A stretch of DNA of 64,000 nt from Patescibacteria group bacterium (lineage in GTDB: Bacteria > Patescibacteriota > Minisyncoccia > Phycocordibacterales > UBA918): positions 98,306 through 162,305 of the forward strand of contig JAIETH010000002.1 of assembly GCA_019745315.1 (NCBI GenBank), in the 5' to 3' direction. Of the stretch, positions 18,807 to 28,321 are shown in pieces. Every line of letters starts with the position of its first letter. The first letter of the stretch is position 1. A program made the translations under genes and the position numbers. The notes under the pieces were generated by a model. The model saw only the letters and a list, made by a program, of their open reading frames with translations. It searched no databases and had not been told where the DNA came from.

Positions 18807-19613
18807 TTATTCACTTCTTTTTGTGCGAACTAGTAGAAGATTTGCCTCCACTGATGCGAGCGTTGCTCGATACCCTTCTTCGTATACTCGAGGATCATTC
18901 CCAGGATATGCTCCCCCCCATCTCTCCGGATTCATTGAGAGAAAGCCATTTTGGGACTTTTGCAAAAACTTCTCTGCTTCTTCGTACTCGCCTCTATTGA
19001 GCAATGCCACGCCGAGAGCATTTGCGAGCCATGGGTTATCAGGCGAATACTCCAAGCCTTGCCGCGCATATTTTTCTGCATTAATAAAATCTGCCTGCCT
19101 AAAAAAAACCCAAGCAATATCGTTATGCCCCGCCCAACTAGTCGGTCTCTCTTCAAGAAATCTTTTAAAATCCTCTACCGCAGCACTGAATTGACCCAAG
19201 TAGCCGTAGGTAAGACCACGCATATAATATGCCTGCATAAACGTAGGATCTTCCTCTAGTTGTGTATTGAAATAAAGAACCGCCTCATCTAAATCACCTT
19301 TTATGAAGGCGATCCGCCCCACTTGGTAGTAAATAGGATTTTTGTCAGAGTTTTCAAATACAAGAGCCTGCTCAAAACTCCACAAAGCAGCATCTAAATC
19401 ATAGGCCTTGCCTCCAAAATAATAATTCCCCCGCTCAAAAAGCAAGGTTGAGGTAGAGAACCTCCCCTCTTTTATGAGTTCCCATGTATTTCCTGTGTAC
19501 AAAAAAAATCCAGCGTATGTAAGTACCGCCACCACGAGCGCACCCAATATCGCTCTGACAAATACACTACTGGAGTATTTGTCAGAAAAAAACTGCAGAC
19601 GTTGCATATGCAA
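18807..19613 (-). CDS. Membrane-anchored TPR protein
   Basis: TM followed by TPR repeats (AYYMRGLTYGYLGQFSAAVEDF; LANALGVALLNRGEYEEA). Confidence 0.85.
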   Translation of the reverse strand: MHMQRLQFFSDKYSSSVFVRAILGALVVAVLTYAGFFLYTGNTWELIKEGRFSTSTLLFERGNYYFGGKAYDLDAALWSFEQALVFENSDKNPIYYQVGRIAFIKGDLDEAVLYFNTQLEEDPTFMQAYYMRGLTYGYLGQFSAAVEDFKRFLEERPTSWAGHNDIAWVFFRQADFINAEKYARQGLEYSPDNPWLANALGVALLNRGEYEEAEKFLQKSQNGFLSMNPERWGGAYPGNDPRVYEEGYRATLASVEANLLLVRTKRSE

Positions 19614-19677
19614 GAATTATACATCCTTGGTATTACTTTTAAAAAACCCCTCCTAACGCTTTTGCTATACTTACGCT

Positions 19678-21501
19678 ATGTTCAAATTCTTGCAAAACGA
19701 GTACAGACTATACCTTTCCCATCAAAGACGCCGTGATGCTTTTTTTATATGGATTCAAAAGAGTCTTCACGAAAAATCAGTGGTCTATGTAAAAGATGTG
19801 CAGTTATGGGGTACTCAAATATATAGCGTAGAAAAAGGTAGCGCCAAGAGAATACGCCAAGAGAATCAAATAGACTATATATTACGCACCCCTCACGAAG
19901 TAGTTGAAGAAATTAGATCTCATGAATGGTCTATGATTTTTAAAACACCAGTTTTAGAAATATGGAAAAAAACAAGTGTACGCACTAAATATGTATTCGA
20001 TACTGAGCTTAGTAAAGATGAAATGAGCTCTTTATCGAAGTCAGTACGCCTTATGCTCAAGGAGTATCTAGAAACCCACAAACGTCCTCATCACCCATTT
20101 CTTCAGAATGCTAAATTTAGCAAATCATATGGCGTCGATATAGGTTTGTGGGTATCGGGGAAAATGCATGGATCAAAGATATCTTTCAAAAATACCTTGC
20201 GAGAAAGCTTGGTTGAAGCCCTCATGGCGTCTGCCACCGATGAACGCTTTAAGGCGTTTACACTTAACGATTTACCAAACACGATCATTGAAATTTCTAT
20301 ACTTTCAACATTGCACATCCCTCTCAGAAAAGAAGAGATTGCATCTCACCAAATCTATTTTGATATGGGTTATGTTGCTCAAAAACATGGCAAGCCCGTA
20401 GGTTGGTATATACCAATGGTTTTCAATGATATGACCCACTTCAAAAGCTTTAGTGACTTTACAGAAAGCCTTGTTTTTAAAAAAGCGACACTCCCTGACA
20501 GGTCTTCTTTAGATGTAGATATCAACGTGTTTACGGTACACAACTTTATTGAGTCCGCTAACCACTCTGGCACACTACCACTTCAAGGTCCTATTCCCCT
20601 ATACACTCAAATAAATACTTCTGACCTATTCCAGCGTACTGCTGAGTGGATTATTCAAAATACGCACACAGATGGATATATAGAACCCGTAACTACACAA
20701 CCACCTAGAGAAATTGCGCTTGACGTAGTGCGGCAGATGTTTACCGCATATGCATTAGCGGCATATAGCATCATTACACTAAACAACGGAGGTCTGGCAG
20801 CTGCTAGAAAAATTGCATTATTCGCTCATTCGCATATCCCTCATATAACAAACGAGAATCAATCGCTCCTTGCAGAAATATATTACGCCCTCTATCTTGA
20901 TGTACTTGGTGAAAAAAAACTAGCATCCGCCATATGCACTCTTGTCAGCAAATCTATTTCTGAAAAGACAGATACTATCACTCTGTCGCAATTTACCATC
21001 TTAAGCACAAGAGTAACCCCCCATAAACTTGAAGAAATATCTAAATATATAGCAATTCTTTTAAAGCGCTTTAAACACTCACAGGAACACGCCTCTTTAG
21101 CAGAATACGCTGAACTTTTACCACTCACCAAAAAATATAATGAAGTGATTTACCCATCCATCTCTCGCTGGTACATCTCGCTCCAGCATGAATTAGGTTA
21201 TTTCCCTAACAAAAAAAATGATGGTTTTTACTACACCAGAGGGACTGGAAAAGTACTAGAGGCATGCGCAGCAAGTGGTGACTTCACAGAAGAAGTCAAA
21301 AAGGGTCTTGTGTGGCTTGCGCGCTCTCAATATACAGACGATACGCTGTACCACATACCAACACGCGAACGAGGGCGATATCGTGGAGGATTCCGCCACG
21401 ATATCTTTAATCGAGATGCTTGGGTCGACTCAGCAGGCCACGCACTACTGACTGGCGTATATTTATTAAAAAATCAGCTTAATACGTCTTTGAAACAATA
21501 G
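19678..21501 (+). CDS. AMMECR1-domain protein with helical C-terminal domain
   Basis: GVDIGLWVSGKMHGS...ALMASATDERF...IIEISILS matches the AMMECR1 pattern. Confidence 0.65.
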   Translation: MFKFLQNEYRLYLSHQRRRDAFFIWIQKSLHEKSVVYVKDVQLWGTQIYSVEKGSAKRIRQENQIDYILRTPHEVVEEIRSHEWSMIFKTPVLEIWKKTSVRTKYVFDTELSKDEMSSLSKSVRLMLKEYLETHKRPHHPFLQNAKFSKSYGVDIGLWVSGKMHGSKISFKNTLRESLVEALMASATDERFKAFTLNDLPNTIIEISILSTLHIPLRKEEIASHQIYFDMGYVAQKHGKPVGWYIPMVFNDMTHFKSFSDFTESLVFKKATLPDRSSLDVDINVFTVHNFIESANHSGTLPLQGPIPLYTQINTSDLFQRTAEWIIQNTHTDGYIEPVTTQPPREIALDVVRQMFTAYALAAYSIITLNNGGLAAARKIALFAHSHIPHITNENQSLLAEIYYALYLDVLGEKKLASAICTLVSKSISEKTDTITLSQFTILSTRVTPHKLEEISKYIAILLKRFKHSQEHASLAEYAELLPLTKKYNEVIYPSISRWYISLQHELGYFPNKKNDGFYYTRGTGKVLEACAASGDFTEEVKKGLVWLARSQYTDDTLYHIPTRERGRYRGGFRHDIFNRDAWVDSAGHALLTGVYLLKNQLNTSLKQ

Positions 21502-23066
21502 ATTTCATTAGCAAATGTTGTTACGAAAACTAAGTTGTCTTTAAATAAAACAGGGTTGGTGATACGTTCTGAAACAATCTGACTGGCATGTATAGCGCCC
21601 GTCTCACTATTACATATATATAACATCCCATCATTACTCCCAACATATACTCTATTTTTTTGCACTACCGGGGAGGAAAATATTCTTCCTTCTGTCTCTC
21701 TTTCCCATACAATGGTCTTTTTCTCTAGATCAATACAATATATGTATTTATCTAGAGAAGTCACATACGCACGAGAACCCACTACGCATGGCGTTGCATG
21801 AAGCCACTCCGCAACAGGAATTTCAAAACGCATCTTCCCAGATAATACAGACAGAGAAACGAGTAATCCTTTTTGTGTCGAAAATAGCACACCCCTTTCT
21901 TCGTCATACACAGATCCTGCATCCTCAACGCCGTCAACTTTTTGAGACCACATAGTCTTTCCTGAGTTTACTTGCAAGCAATGTACCACGCCATCAGAGC
22001 CTTGAAATATAAGGCTATCTGAAACCTGTGTGAAATTACCAGACACAGCGCCAGCAACCTGTCGCTCCCATACTATCTCCCTTCGTGACAAGGAATACCC
22101 TATTATGGCAGAGCGGTACAAAGGACCACCAACCTTCACAGCACAGCACAAAATATCTCCTTTAATTACTGGAGCTGATGTAATCCTCTCTCCAAAAGAT
22201 TCTTTATATAAAATTTTACCTTTGAGATCTAGCACGTACAAAGAACCGTTTATACTCCCCACGTAAAGTCGATCTCCATGGAGAAGTAAGTCGGTAAAGG
22301 TTGCCTTCTTTTTGCGAACACGCCACATCAACAACTTGCTCCATAGCACCTTTCCTGTTCCAGTATCAATACACCATATATATCCAGAGTCTGAGGTTGC
22401 ATACAAAAACTCCCCAAAAAGTACTGGCTGGGATCTCTTTTCTACTAAGGGAAAGTGTGGTTTTACTGGACCAAAATACCACATGCGATCTAAAGTCTTT
22501 TTTTGCTGACCTCTACTTGCTTTTAAAGCTAGATCTTCCAATGAAAAGAGTGAATAAATTTTAATTCCACGTTCAGTAAAAAAAGAATATGCAGAATCAT
22601 CAAAAAAACGCACAATAGCAAAGATCGCATAGACCCTCTTTCCCTCTTTTTCAAGAATATGAACCTGTTTCTCAAAACTTGCCCCCGTATTCAAAACATC
22701 ATCGACAAGCACGATAGGCAAATCGGTAACAATTCCCTCTATTTGCTTTGACTCTCCCTTTTTTTTGCGTGACTTACGAATATAAAAACCTGACGCATTT
22801 TCTTCTTTCATCACACACGCTGTGATAATAGGAAGAGACGCGGACTCAAGTCCACCAATCTGTATTTGGCTTCCCTCACCCAAAACTTTCCAAAAAAGAC
22901 TTGCGACCGCCTCTAAAAAGGCTTTTTCAAAAAGAATGTTCCTGAAATCAAAAAAAAATGCTATCTGGGAATGTTGGAAACTTAGAAGTGAATCTTTATA
23001 CCTTTCCCTATCAAAATAGGCTTTTTCCAAAATACACTTTTTAACATATTCCCGCATATCTTTCAT
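21474..23066 (-). CDS. Orotate-PRTase-like domain fused to a PQQ/BamB-type beta-propeller
   Basis: FYIRKSRK and VLVDDVLNTGAS (PRPP loop), then repeated G.lycld..tGk..W blades. Confidence 0.8.
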   Translation of the reverse strand: MKDMREYVKKCILEKAYFDRERYKDSLLSFQHSQIAFFFDFRNILFEKAFLEAVASLFWKVLGEGSQIQIGGLESASLPIITACVMKEENASGFYIRKSRKKKGESKQIEGIVTDLPIVLVDDVLNTGASFEKQVHILEKEGKRVYAIFAIVRFFDDSAYSFFTERGIKIYSLFSLEDLALKASRGQQKKTLDRMWYFGPVKPHFPLVEKRSQPVLFGEFLYATSDSGYIWCIDTGTGKVLWSKLLMWRVRKKKATFTDLLLHGDRLYVGSINGSLYVLDLKGKILYKESFGERITSAPVIKGDILCCAVKVGGPLYRSAIIGYSLSRREIVWERQVAGAVSGNFTQVSDSLIFQGSDGVVHCLQVNSGKTMWSQKVDGVEDAGSVYDEERGVLFSTQKGLLVSLSVLSGKMRFEIPVAEWLHATPCVVGSRAYVTSLDKYIYCIDLEKKTIVWERETEGRIFSSPVVQKNRVYVGSNDGMLYICNSETGAIHASQIVSERITNPVLFKDNLVFVTTFANEIYCFKDVLS

Positions 23067-23105
23067 ATAAAACATACTGTACTATATATTGATATAGAAC
23101 GTAAT

Positions 23106-23567
23106 ATGAATTTATTTTTTAAAAATCTTATGACACAACCTGCCATCACCACAGGACTCACAGTACTTATTACAGCCCTAGTAGTATCTTGCGCAATATA
23201 CCTCACGCCCCTTAAGCACCTCAATATCATTGAGCCTACCATCAATGATATACCAGCAACAGACTTCCAAGAGCTATACACTCAAAATAAAGATGAATAC
23301 CTCTTTATCGATGTACGATCTCCTCAGGCATATGCAGATGGACATGCCGAAGGATCTATCAATATACCCCTCCATGAGTTTTACAATCAGCGCACTTTCT
23401 TTCCCAAGAAAGGAAAAGAAATTATACTTATCTGTAGTGGTGGAGTCGCTTCTGGTGTTGCATACAGCTACCTAGAGCATTATGGATTCTTCAACATGAA
23501 GCGCATAGAAGGCGGCATAGAGTCTTGGAGAGCGTCAGAGTTACCTATGGTGTATAAAAGTGAGTAA
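23106..23567 (+). CDS. Membrane-anchored rhodanese-domain protein
   Basis: IDVRSP, GHAEGSINIP, ICSGG and EGGIESW motifs. Confidence 0.9.
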   Translation: MNLFFKNLMTQPAITTGLTVLITALVVSCAIYLTPLKHLNIIEPTINDIPATDFQELYTQNKDEYLFIDVRSPQAYADGHAEGSINIPLHEFYNQRTFFPKKGKEIILICSGGVASGVAYSYLEHYGFFNMKRIEGGIESWRASELPMVYKSE

Positions 23568-23592
23568 ATAATTACTGTTAAAATTCAAAATT

Positions 23593-23841
23593 ATGAGCGA
23601 GCAAAGAAAAAAAGTTAGTCGATTCATGCGGTCTTTTGTATACGGGGGTATATTTTTTATGGTTACCTATATAACCTCTTTGCCTGTTTTTTCTAGAAAC
23701 TTCTCAAATCAAGCTCCCGTTATTCCTTCAGCACTTGCTGATATTCCCTCAGATAGCTATATTCCTCCAACTAGCGATGGTGACGGCTCTTGTGACGGTA
23801 GCTCTGACGCCCCAAGTGACTGCAGCGATAGTCCTGAGTAA
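23593..23841 (+). CDS. Small exported peptide with Ser/Asp/Cys-rich tail
   Basis: Basic N-terminus, hydrophobic stretch, ALA|DIP, tail SDGDGSCDGSSDAPSDCSDSPE; tightly packed in the operon. Confidence 0.7.
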   Translation: MSEQRKKVSRFMRSFVYGGIFFMVTYITSLPVFSRNFSNQAPVIPSALADIPSDSYIPPTSDGDGSCDGSSDAPSDCSDSPE

Positions 23842-23852
23842 TTTTTAAAATC

Positions 23853-24953
23853 ATGTCTACAACAAAAACCTTATATATATTACTAGGAATACTTACTATC
23901 ATTTTAGCAGGACTTTCATATTACTTTCTACGTCACACAGAAAAAGATTCTTCTCCGACCCCTGAAAAAGGAAGCATAGAAGAACTATATTCTGAAAGAC
24001 AAGGAAGTACATTCCTGATTGCAAACACGGCATTTAATGCTCGTCTTTACAACCCTGACTCACGACCACTCCTAGAGCAATCGCTCCTTGAGGCAACCTC
24101 ACCCATCCAGGAGGCACATATTAAATACAAAATCGCCCTTACGTACACTTACGAAAACCCGACTCGAGCGGTTGAGCTTATGAAAGAGATTGCAGCAAAT
24201 GCAACATATCCTTCTCAACAAAAAGCATACGCGCTCCAGCATATATTCAGAATGTACAGTAGCCTTGTTTCAGGTCAAATTCCTTTAGCAAAAATATTTG
24301 AAGGAGATCCTTACCAGTCATTTTACACACAAGGAGATACCCCTCTTTCTTTAAAGAAGTTTCACGAATACACACTTTCTTTTGGAGAAAGTCCAATAAG
24401 CACAGCCGAGCTTGCTATTTGGTATGCTGATGAGGTTGCAAATAACGCAGACCTCTCTCAGTCAGAGAAAGAGAATTATGTAGTTCTTGCAAAAGAATTT
24501 ATAGCAACTTCTGAAAAGTATGTGGATGAAAAGAGTGAAGTGATGAACGACAAAGAGCTTATACCTAAAACTCTCGTAACGCTTGCGTCCGCATATGGTT
24601 TTCTTGCGCAGGCAAATATTGAACCTTACCGTAGCAACTATGGAGATATGTTCATAAGAGCTATTACTGTGAGCGATCTTGGCAACACCTATCAGAGCAA
24701 TGGAGCTCGTGATGCATACGCATACTTCTCTCTTTCACTCAAAGATGAAGCTGAGTGGGCGCGAGCACAAGTACTTTTTGATGAACTCATAGATAACATT
24801 GATTCATTTGGAACCATGAAGGCTGTATACATGAGAAGACAGCTGAATCCATCTGACTATCGAGATCGTACCGTATTTGTTGCAAATGAATATTCCAAGT
24901 TTAAGGATTTCTTGATAACACTCGGGTGGACAGAAGAAGACTTTGCCCGCTAA
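23853..24953 (+). CDS. Membrane-anchored helical (TPR-like) hypothetical protein
   Basis: N-terminal TM; Ala/Tyr-rich helical pattern. Confidence 0.6.
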   Translation: MSTTKTLYILLGILTIILAGLSYYFLRHTEKDSSPTPEKGSIEELYSERQGSTFLIANTAFNARLYNPDSRPLLEQSLLEATSPIQEAHIKYKIALTYTYENPTRAVELMKEIAANATYPSQQKAYALQHIFRMYSSLVSGQIPLAKIFEGDPYQSFYTQGDTPLSLKKFHEYTLSFGESPISTAELAIWYADEVANNADLSQSEKENYVVLAKEFIATSEKYVDEKSEVMNDKELIPKTLVTLASAYGFLAQANIEPYRSNYGDMFIRAITVSDLGNTYQSNGARDAYAYFSLSLKDEAEWARAQVLFDELIDNIDSFGTMKAVYMRRQLNPSDYRDRTVFVANEYSKFKDFLITLGWTEEDFAR

Positions 24954-24959
24954 AATAAA

Positions 24960-25655
24960 ATGCTTCAATACACCAAATATATATCGAGACATACCGTACT
25001 CGCCTCTTCTCTGGCCCTATTACTCGTACTTGTTTCCAGTTATATATATATTGAAAAAGAAAGAAGTACTTTACAGGACGACGCTGAACAGAAACAAATA
25101 GAGACTAATAAAAAGCTACTCTTACTTCCCACAAAAAACGATGTGGTTATTAACCCTGGCAATAAGATCACAATAGTCGTCTACGAAGACACGGACTGCA
25201 GGTTCTGTAGAGAGTATGAACATATACTTGACTCTGTCGCACAAAAGAACCCCGACGTTGTTAGTCTTTACTTTCGATATAAACTACTCCCAATCTACAG
25301 ACACTCCCGAGTAGAGGCTGAGCTTTTAGAGTGTGTAAAAAAAATAAACACCCCAGCGTACTCTGACTTTAAAAAAGATCTTTTCAGTATCAACTCTTCT
25401 GAAAATCTTGATCTTGAAAAGTTACTGTCTATGGCATATATGTATGCCGATAAAAATACACTGCGTACGTGCTCTGAAGACACAGAAGCGGGGAATACTG
25501 TTCGAGATATTGAAGCTACTGCCTCTATTCTTGGTGTAACCAAAGTACCTTATACTTTTATATTTAGCGAAACATCTCCCCTCATTACTCTTGTAGGCGT
25601 TCAATCTGAAAGCGCCCTAAAACAGATTATTGAAAACATACAAACATATGAATAG
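24960..25655 (+). CDS. DsbA/thioredoxin-fold oxidoreductase
   Basis: VYEDTDCRFC and LGVTKVPYTFI (cis-Pro loop). Confidence 0.85.
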   Translation: MLQYTKYISRHTVLASSLALLLVLVSSYIYIEKERSTLQDDAEQKQIETNKKLLLLPTKNDVVINPGNKITIVVYEDTDCRFCREYEHILDSVAQKNPDVVSLYFRYKLLPIYRHSRVEAELLECVKKINTPAYSDFKKDLFSINSSENLDLEKLLSMAYMYADKNTLRTCSEDTEAGNTVRDIEATASILGVTKVPYTFIFSETSPLITLVGVQSESALKQIIENIQTYE

Positions 25656-26133
25656 ACGGATCAGGCTAGCAGCATTCTTTTCAGTTGTTTTTTTAACTAC
25701 ACTCTATTTTTTTTCACTGATTGCAAACGGATCCTCTACCATTACGACACTCTCAAGCCCTCTTCCCTTTTTGCTTAAAATACATCTTTTTTTTCAAGCT
25801 CCCTATCTTACGTATTTAAATACTTCTTTATTAGCGTTTTTTATTTTTTTGGTTAATATTTTGCTAACCTCAATCTATATATTCCAAATACGCTATAAAC
25901 TAGAAATCGTTCGGGCACTACGCTCAGCATACGGATTATCTGGATCTTTTTTAAGCATACTGAGTGTTGGGTGTGTTGCATGCGGCTCTTTTATTACACC
26001 AACCGCGCTCTTGCTGGGGCTAGGCATCCCCTTTTCTGCTCTCTCACCTCTCACGTTAGGTGTTGGACTTTTTGGTACAGGATTACTTATACTAGGAAAT
26101 ATTGTCCTTTATCGACACATACGACCCCTGTAG
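25648..26133 (+). CDS. Membrane protein with CxxC motif
   Basis: About four TM segments with GCVACG; overlaps the DsbA-like gene stop. Confidence 0.7.
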   Translation: MNRRIRLAAFFSVVFLTTLYFFSLIANGSSTITTLSSPLPFLLKIHLFFQAPYLTYLNTSLLAFFIFLVNILLTSIYIFQIRYKLEIVRALRSAYGLSGSFLSILSVGCVACGSFITPTALLLGLGIPFSALSPLTLGVGLFGTGLLILGNIVLYRHIRPL

Positions 26134-26145
26134 CGCCACGCATGC

Positions 26146-26826
26146 ATGAACCAATTTCTTGGAAACAATACACGCGTTATTCTCATGCCTGGAGGCAGCG
26201 GGGTTTTAGGAAATGCGCTACACGATCTTCTTGATAAGGAGGAATTTTTCTTTATCAACATAAGCAAAAAGACTCCGCTTAAGGGAGAGAATGTACACAA
26301 TTACTATTGCGATCTACGTGTAACAAACCTTGAAAAGATAGTTTCCAATATCGCCAACATAACGCCACGACTAGACTTTATAGTAAATGCTGCTTACTCC
26401 CACGACTTTAGATCTGTTACTAAACTTGAAAAAAATATCTTTCTTGAGGAAGTCTATCTCGATTCATACGTACCAATAAAACTCAGCCTCTTGTGTGCTG
26501 AACATTTTTGGTCTCCTATAGATAAATCTTATAACATTGAAACAGGTCGAACAGTGATAAACATATCAAGCGGAGCGTCACTTGGAAGAACGCAACGCCC
26601 CGAACTTGCTTCATACGGAGCAGCAAAGGCAGCGCTCAACATACTAACAAGCTATCTTCACGATGAATTATGGAGCAATTATGGTGTTTCTGCACACATA
26701 CTAACCCCAGGAAGCTTTTCAGATAAAAATACTCTAACTCAAACCGCCAATACCATTGCTGGGCTCATCGGATCAAAAGAGAGTGGTATAATTGATCCCT
26801 ATGTCGACATTTCTCGAAAGATTTAA
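26146..26826 (+). CDS. SDR-family oxidoreductase
   Basis: GGSGVLG, VNAA, INISSG and YGAAK motifs. Confidence 0.85.
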   Translation: MNQFLGNNTRVILMPGGSGVLGNALHDLLDKEEFFFINISKKTPLKGENVHNYYCDLRVTNLEKIVSNIANITPRLDFIVNAAYSHDFRSVTKLEKNIFLEEVYLDSYVPIKLSLLCAEHFWSPIDKSYNIETGRTVINISSGASLGRTQRPELASYGAAKAALNILTSYLHDELWSNYGVSAHILTPGSFSDKNTLTQTANTIAGLIGSKESGIIDPYVDISRKI

Positions 26827-27610
26827 AACAACCCTTGAAAAGAAATATCTTGCCACACAAGAATCAGTTGATCTTGATACATATATACAAAATAAAAAAA
26901 TAGAAATAACACAAAGCCCCTTCCCTCATCTGACGGCGGACAATTTTTTTAACAACGAGATACATTCAGAAATAAAAAAGTACTTTAGTAGTGTATTTTC
27001 ACGAGGGCTTGTAGAAAATCAAGACCCAAACTACTTTAAACCTTTTATATATAAAAATTCTTCTCGCGAATACGATGGATATCTGTACACACCTCGACAC
27101 AACGAGGACGCTATATTAAAGACTTTTTTTAGTAATACGTGGAATTTATTTTTCTCAAATCTTTTTTCTCAACCTACTGGTATTTGTACATCGCTTGCGC
27201 TTCACTACCATCCTCCGGGTGACAAAACCGGGTTTGTTCATCATGATTTTGCTCCAAAATGGTTTTCTGCACTCGACACAGCAGGAAATAACATGCTGTA
27301 TCGAGATCGATCAGAGCCAGTTGGCATAAATCTCACAAAACAAATGCGTGCAATAACGCTGATTTATTATATTGATTTAGATAAAAATGTATGGAAAGAA
27401 GGGGATGGTGGAGAGACAGGAATTTATGAAAAAAAAGACGGTGAGCCTGTTAAACTCATAACTCCCAAAGATAATAGATTATTTGCATTTCAAGTATCAC
27501 CTCACTCATTCCATGCATTTCAGGCAAATCAAAAGCCTCGTGCATCAATTATTCAATGGTTCCATATAGACCCTGCGTGGTGTGAAAAAAAGTATAAGAC
27601 GAAATCATAG
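26801..27610 (+). CDS. 2OG-Fe(II) oxygenase
   Basis: PFPHL, HHD, W..GDGGET, SFH and PRASI: HxD..H triad plus the 2OG-binding Arg. Confidence 0.85.
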   Translation: MSTFLERFKTTLEKKYLATQESVDLDTYIQNKKIEITQSPFPHLTADNFFNNEIHSEIKKYFSSVFSRGLVENQDPNYFKPFIYKNSSREYDGYLYTPRHNEDAILKTFFSNTWNLFFSNLFSQPTGICTSLALHYHPPGDKTGFVHHDFAPKWFSALDTAGNNMLYRDRSEPVGINLTKQMRAITLIYYIDLDKNVWKEGDGGETGIYEKKDGEPVKLITPKDNRLFAFQVSPHSFHAFQANQKPRASIIQWFHIDPAWCEKKYKTKS

Positions 27611-27661
27611 ATAGAAAAAAGGCTGCGGCTTTCAAGCAGCAACCTTCTAGAATCTTCTGGA

Positions 27662-28228
27662 TCACCGGGAGGGCGCAATCTCCACCCTGGAAGCCGTGAT
27701 CTGGAGAATGGGGCCATGACGCCCGTCCGGCATCCTGCCGGGGGGCATGAACTGCCTCATCTCGAGCGCCACACCCGACAGCGCACCCGACGTGACGATC
27801 GTCGCCTCCCCTGTCCGCGGAATCGACGAGCCGCCAAGACCGTCAAGGCATCGAACCCTCGCGACCTGGAGGCTCATGCCGGCCACCATACGTTCCTCAC
27901 GTCCGAGAAGCTCGCAGTCGCGCACCTCGCGCGACGCCCGGTTCTCGAAGTAGTCCTGGTAGCGACAGGTAGAGAAGCCTTCATTCCATCGCTTCCCCAC
28001 CTCCAGACTGTCCGGCGGCAAGTAGCAGGAGAAGAGCAGCCCCCCCGCTTCTTCTTGGCGACCAGGTCCCGTATTGATGCCCGGACGGAGATTCTCGCGA
28101 TCGTACATGACGACCATAGCCCGAGCTTCTGGGTTGCGCGAAGAAACGGGACGGGAATCATTCCCTCCCGTGACACACCCCCCAAGAATGATTGCTGCCG
28201 CAAGGAGCGGACCGATTGACTGCCTCAT
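27662..28228 (-). CDS. GC-rich hypothetical lipoprotein
   Basis: LGGC lipobox, GGAGG SD, TTGACA-16-TATAGT promoter (28309-28282). Confidence 0.6.
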   Translation of the reverse strand: MRQSIGPLLAAAIILGGCVTGGNDSRPVSSRNPEARAMVVMYDRENLRPGINTGPGRQEEAGGLLFSCYLPPDSLEVGKRWNEGFSTCRYQDYFENRASREVRDCELLGREERMVAGMSLQVARVRCLDGLGGSSIPRTGEATIVTSGALSGVALEMRQFMPPGRMPDGRHGPILQITASRVEIAPSR

Positions 28229-28321
28229 CTTTCGAAGTCCTCCATTTTTCAGCAACACGATCGTCACCGAAATCTAAAAGGACTATACCATGCTCACAAT
28301 TTTTGTCAAAAAAATATTTAC

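Noticed and set aside
27716-28277. Overlapping ORFs on both strands
   Set aside because: Explained by high GC; only the lipobox ORF has an SD and promoter.
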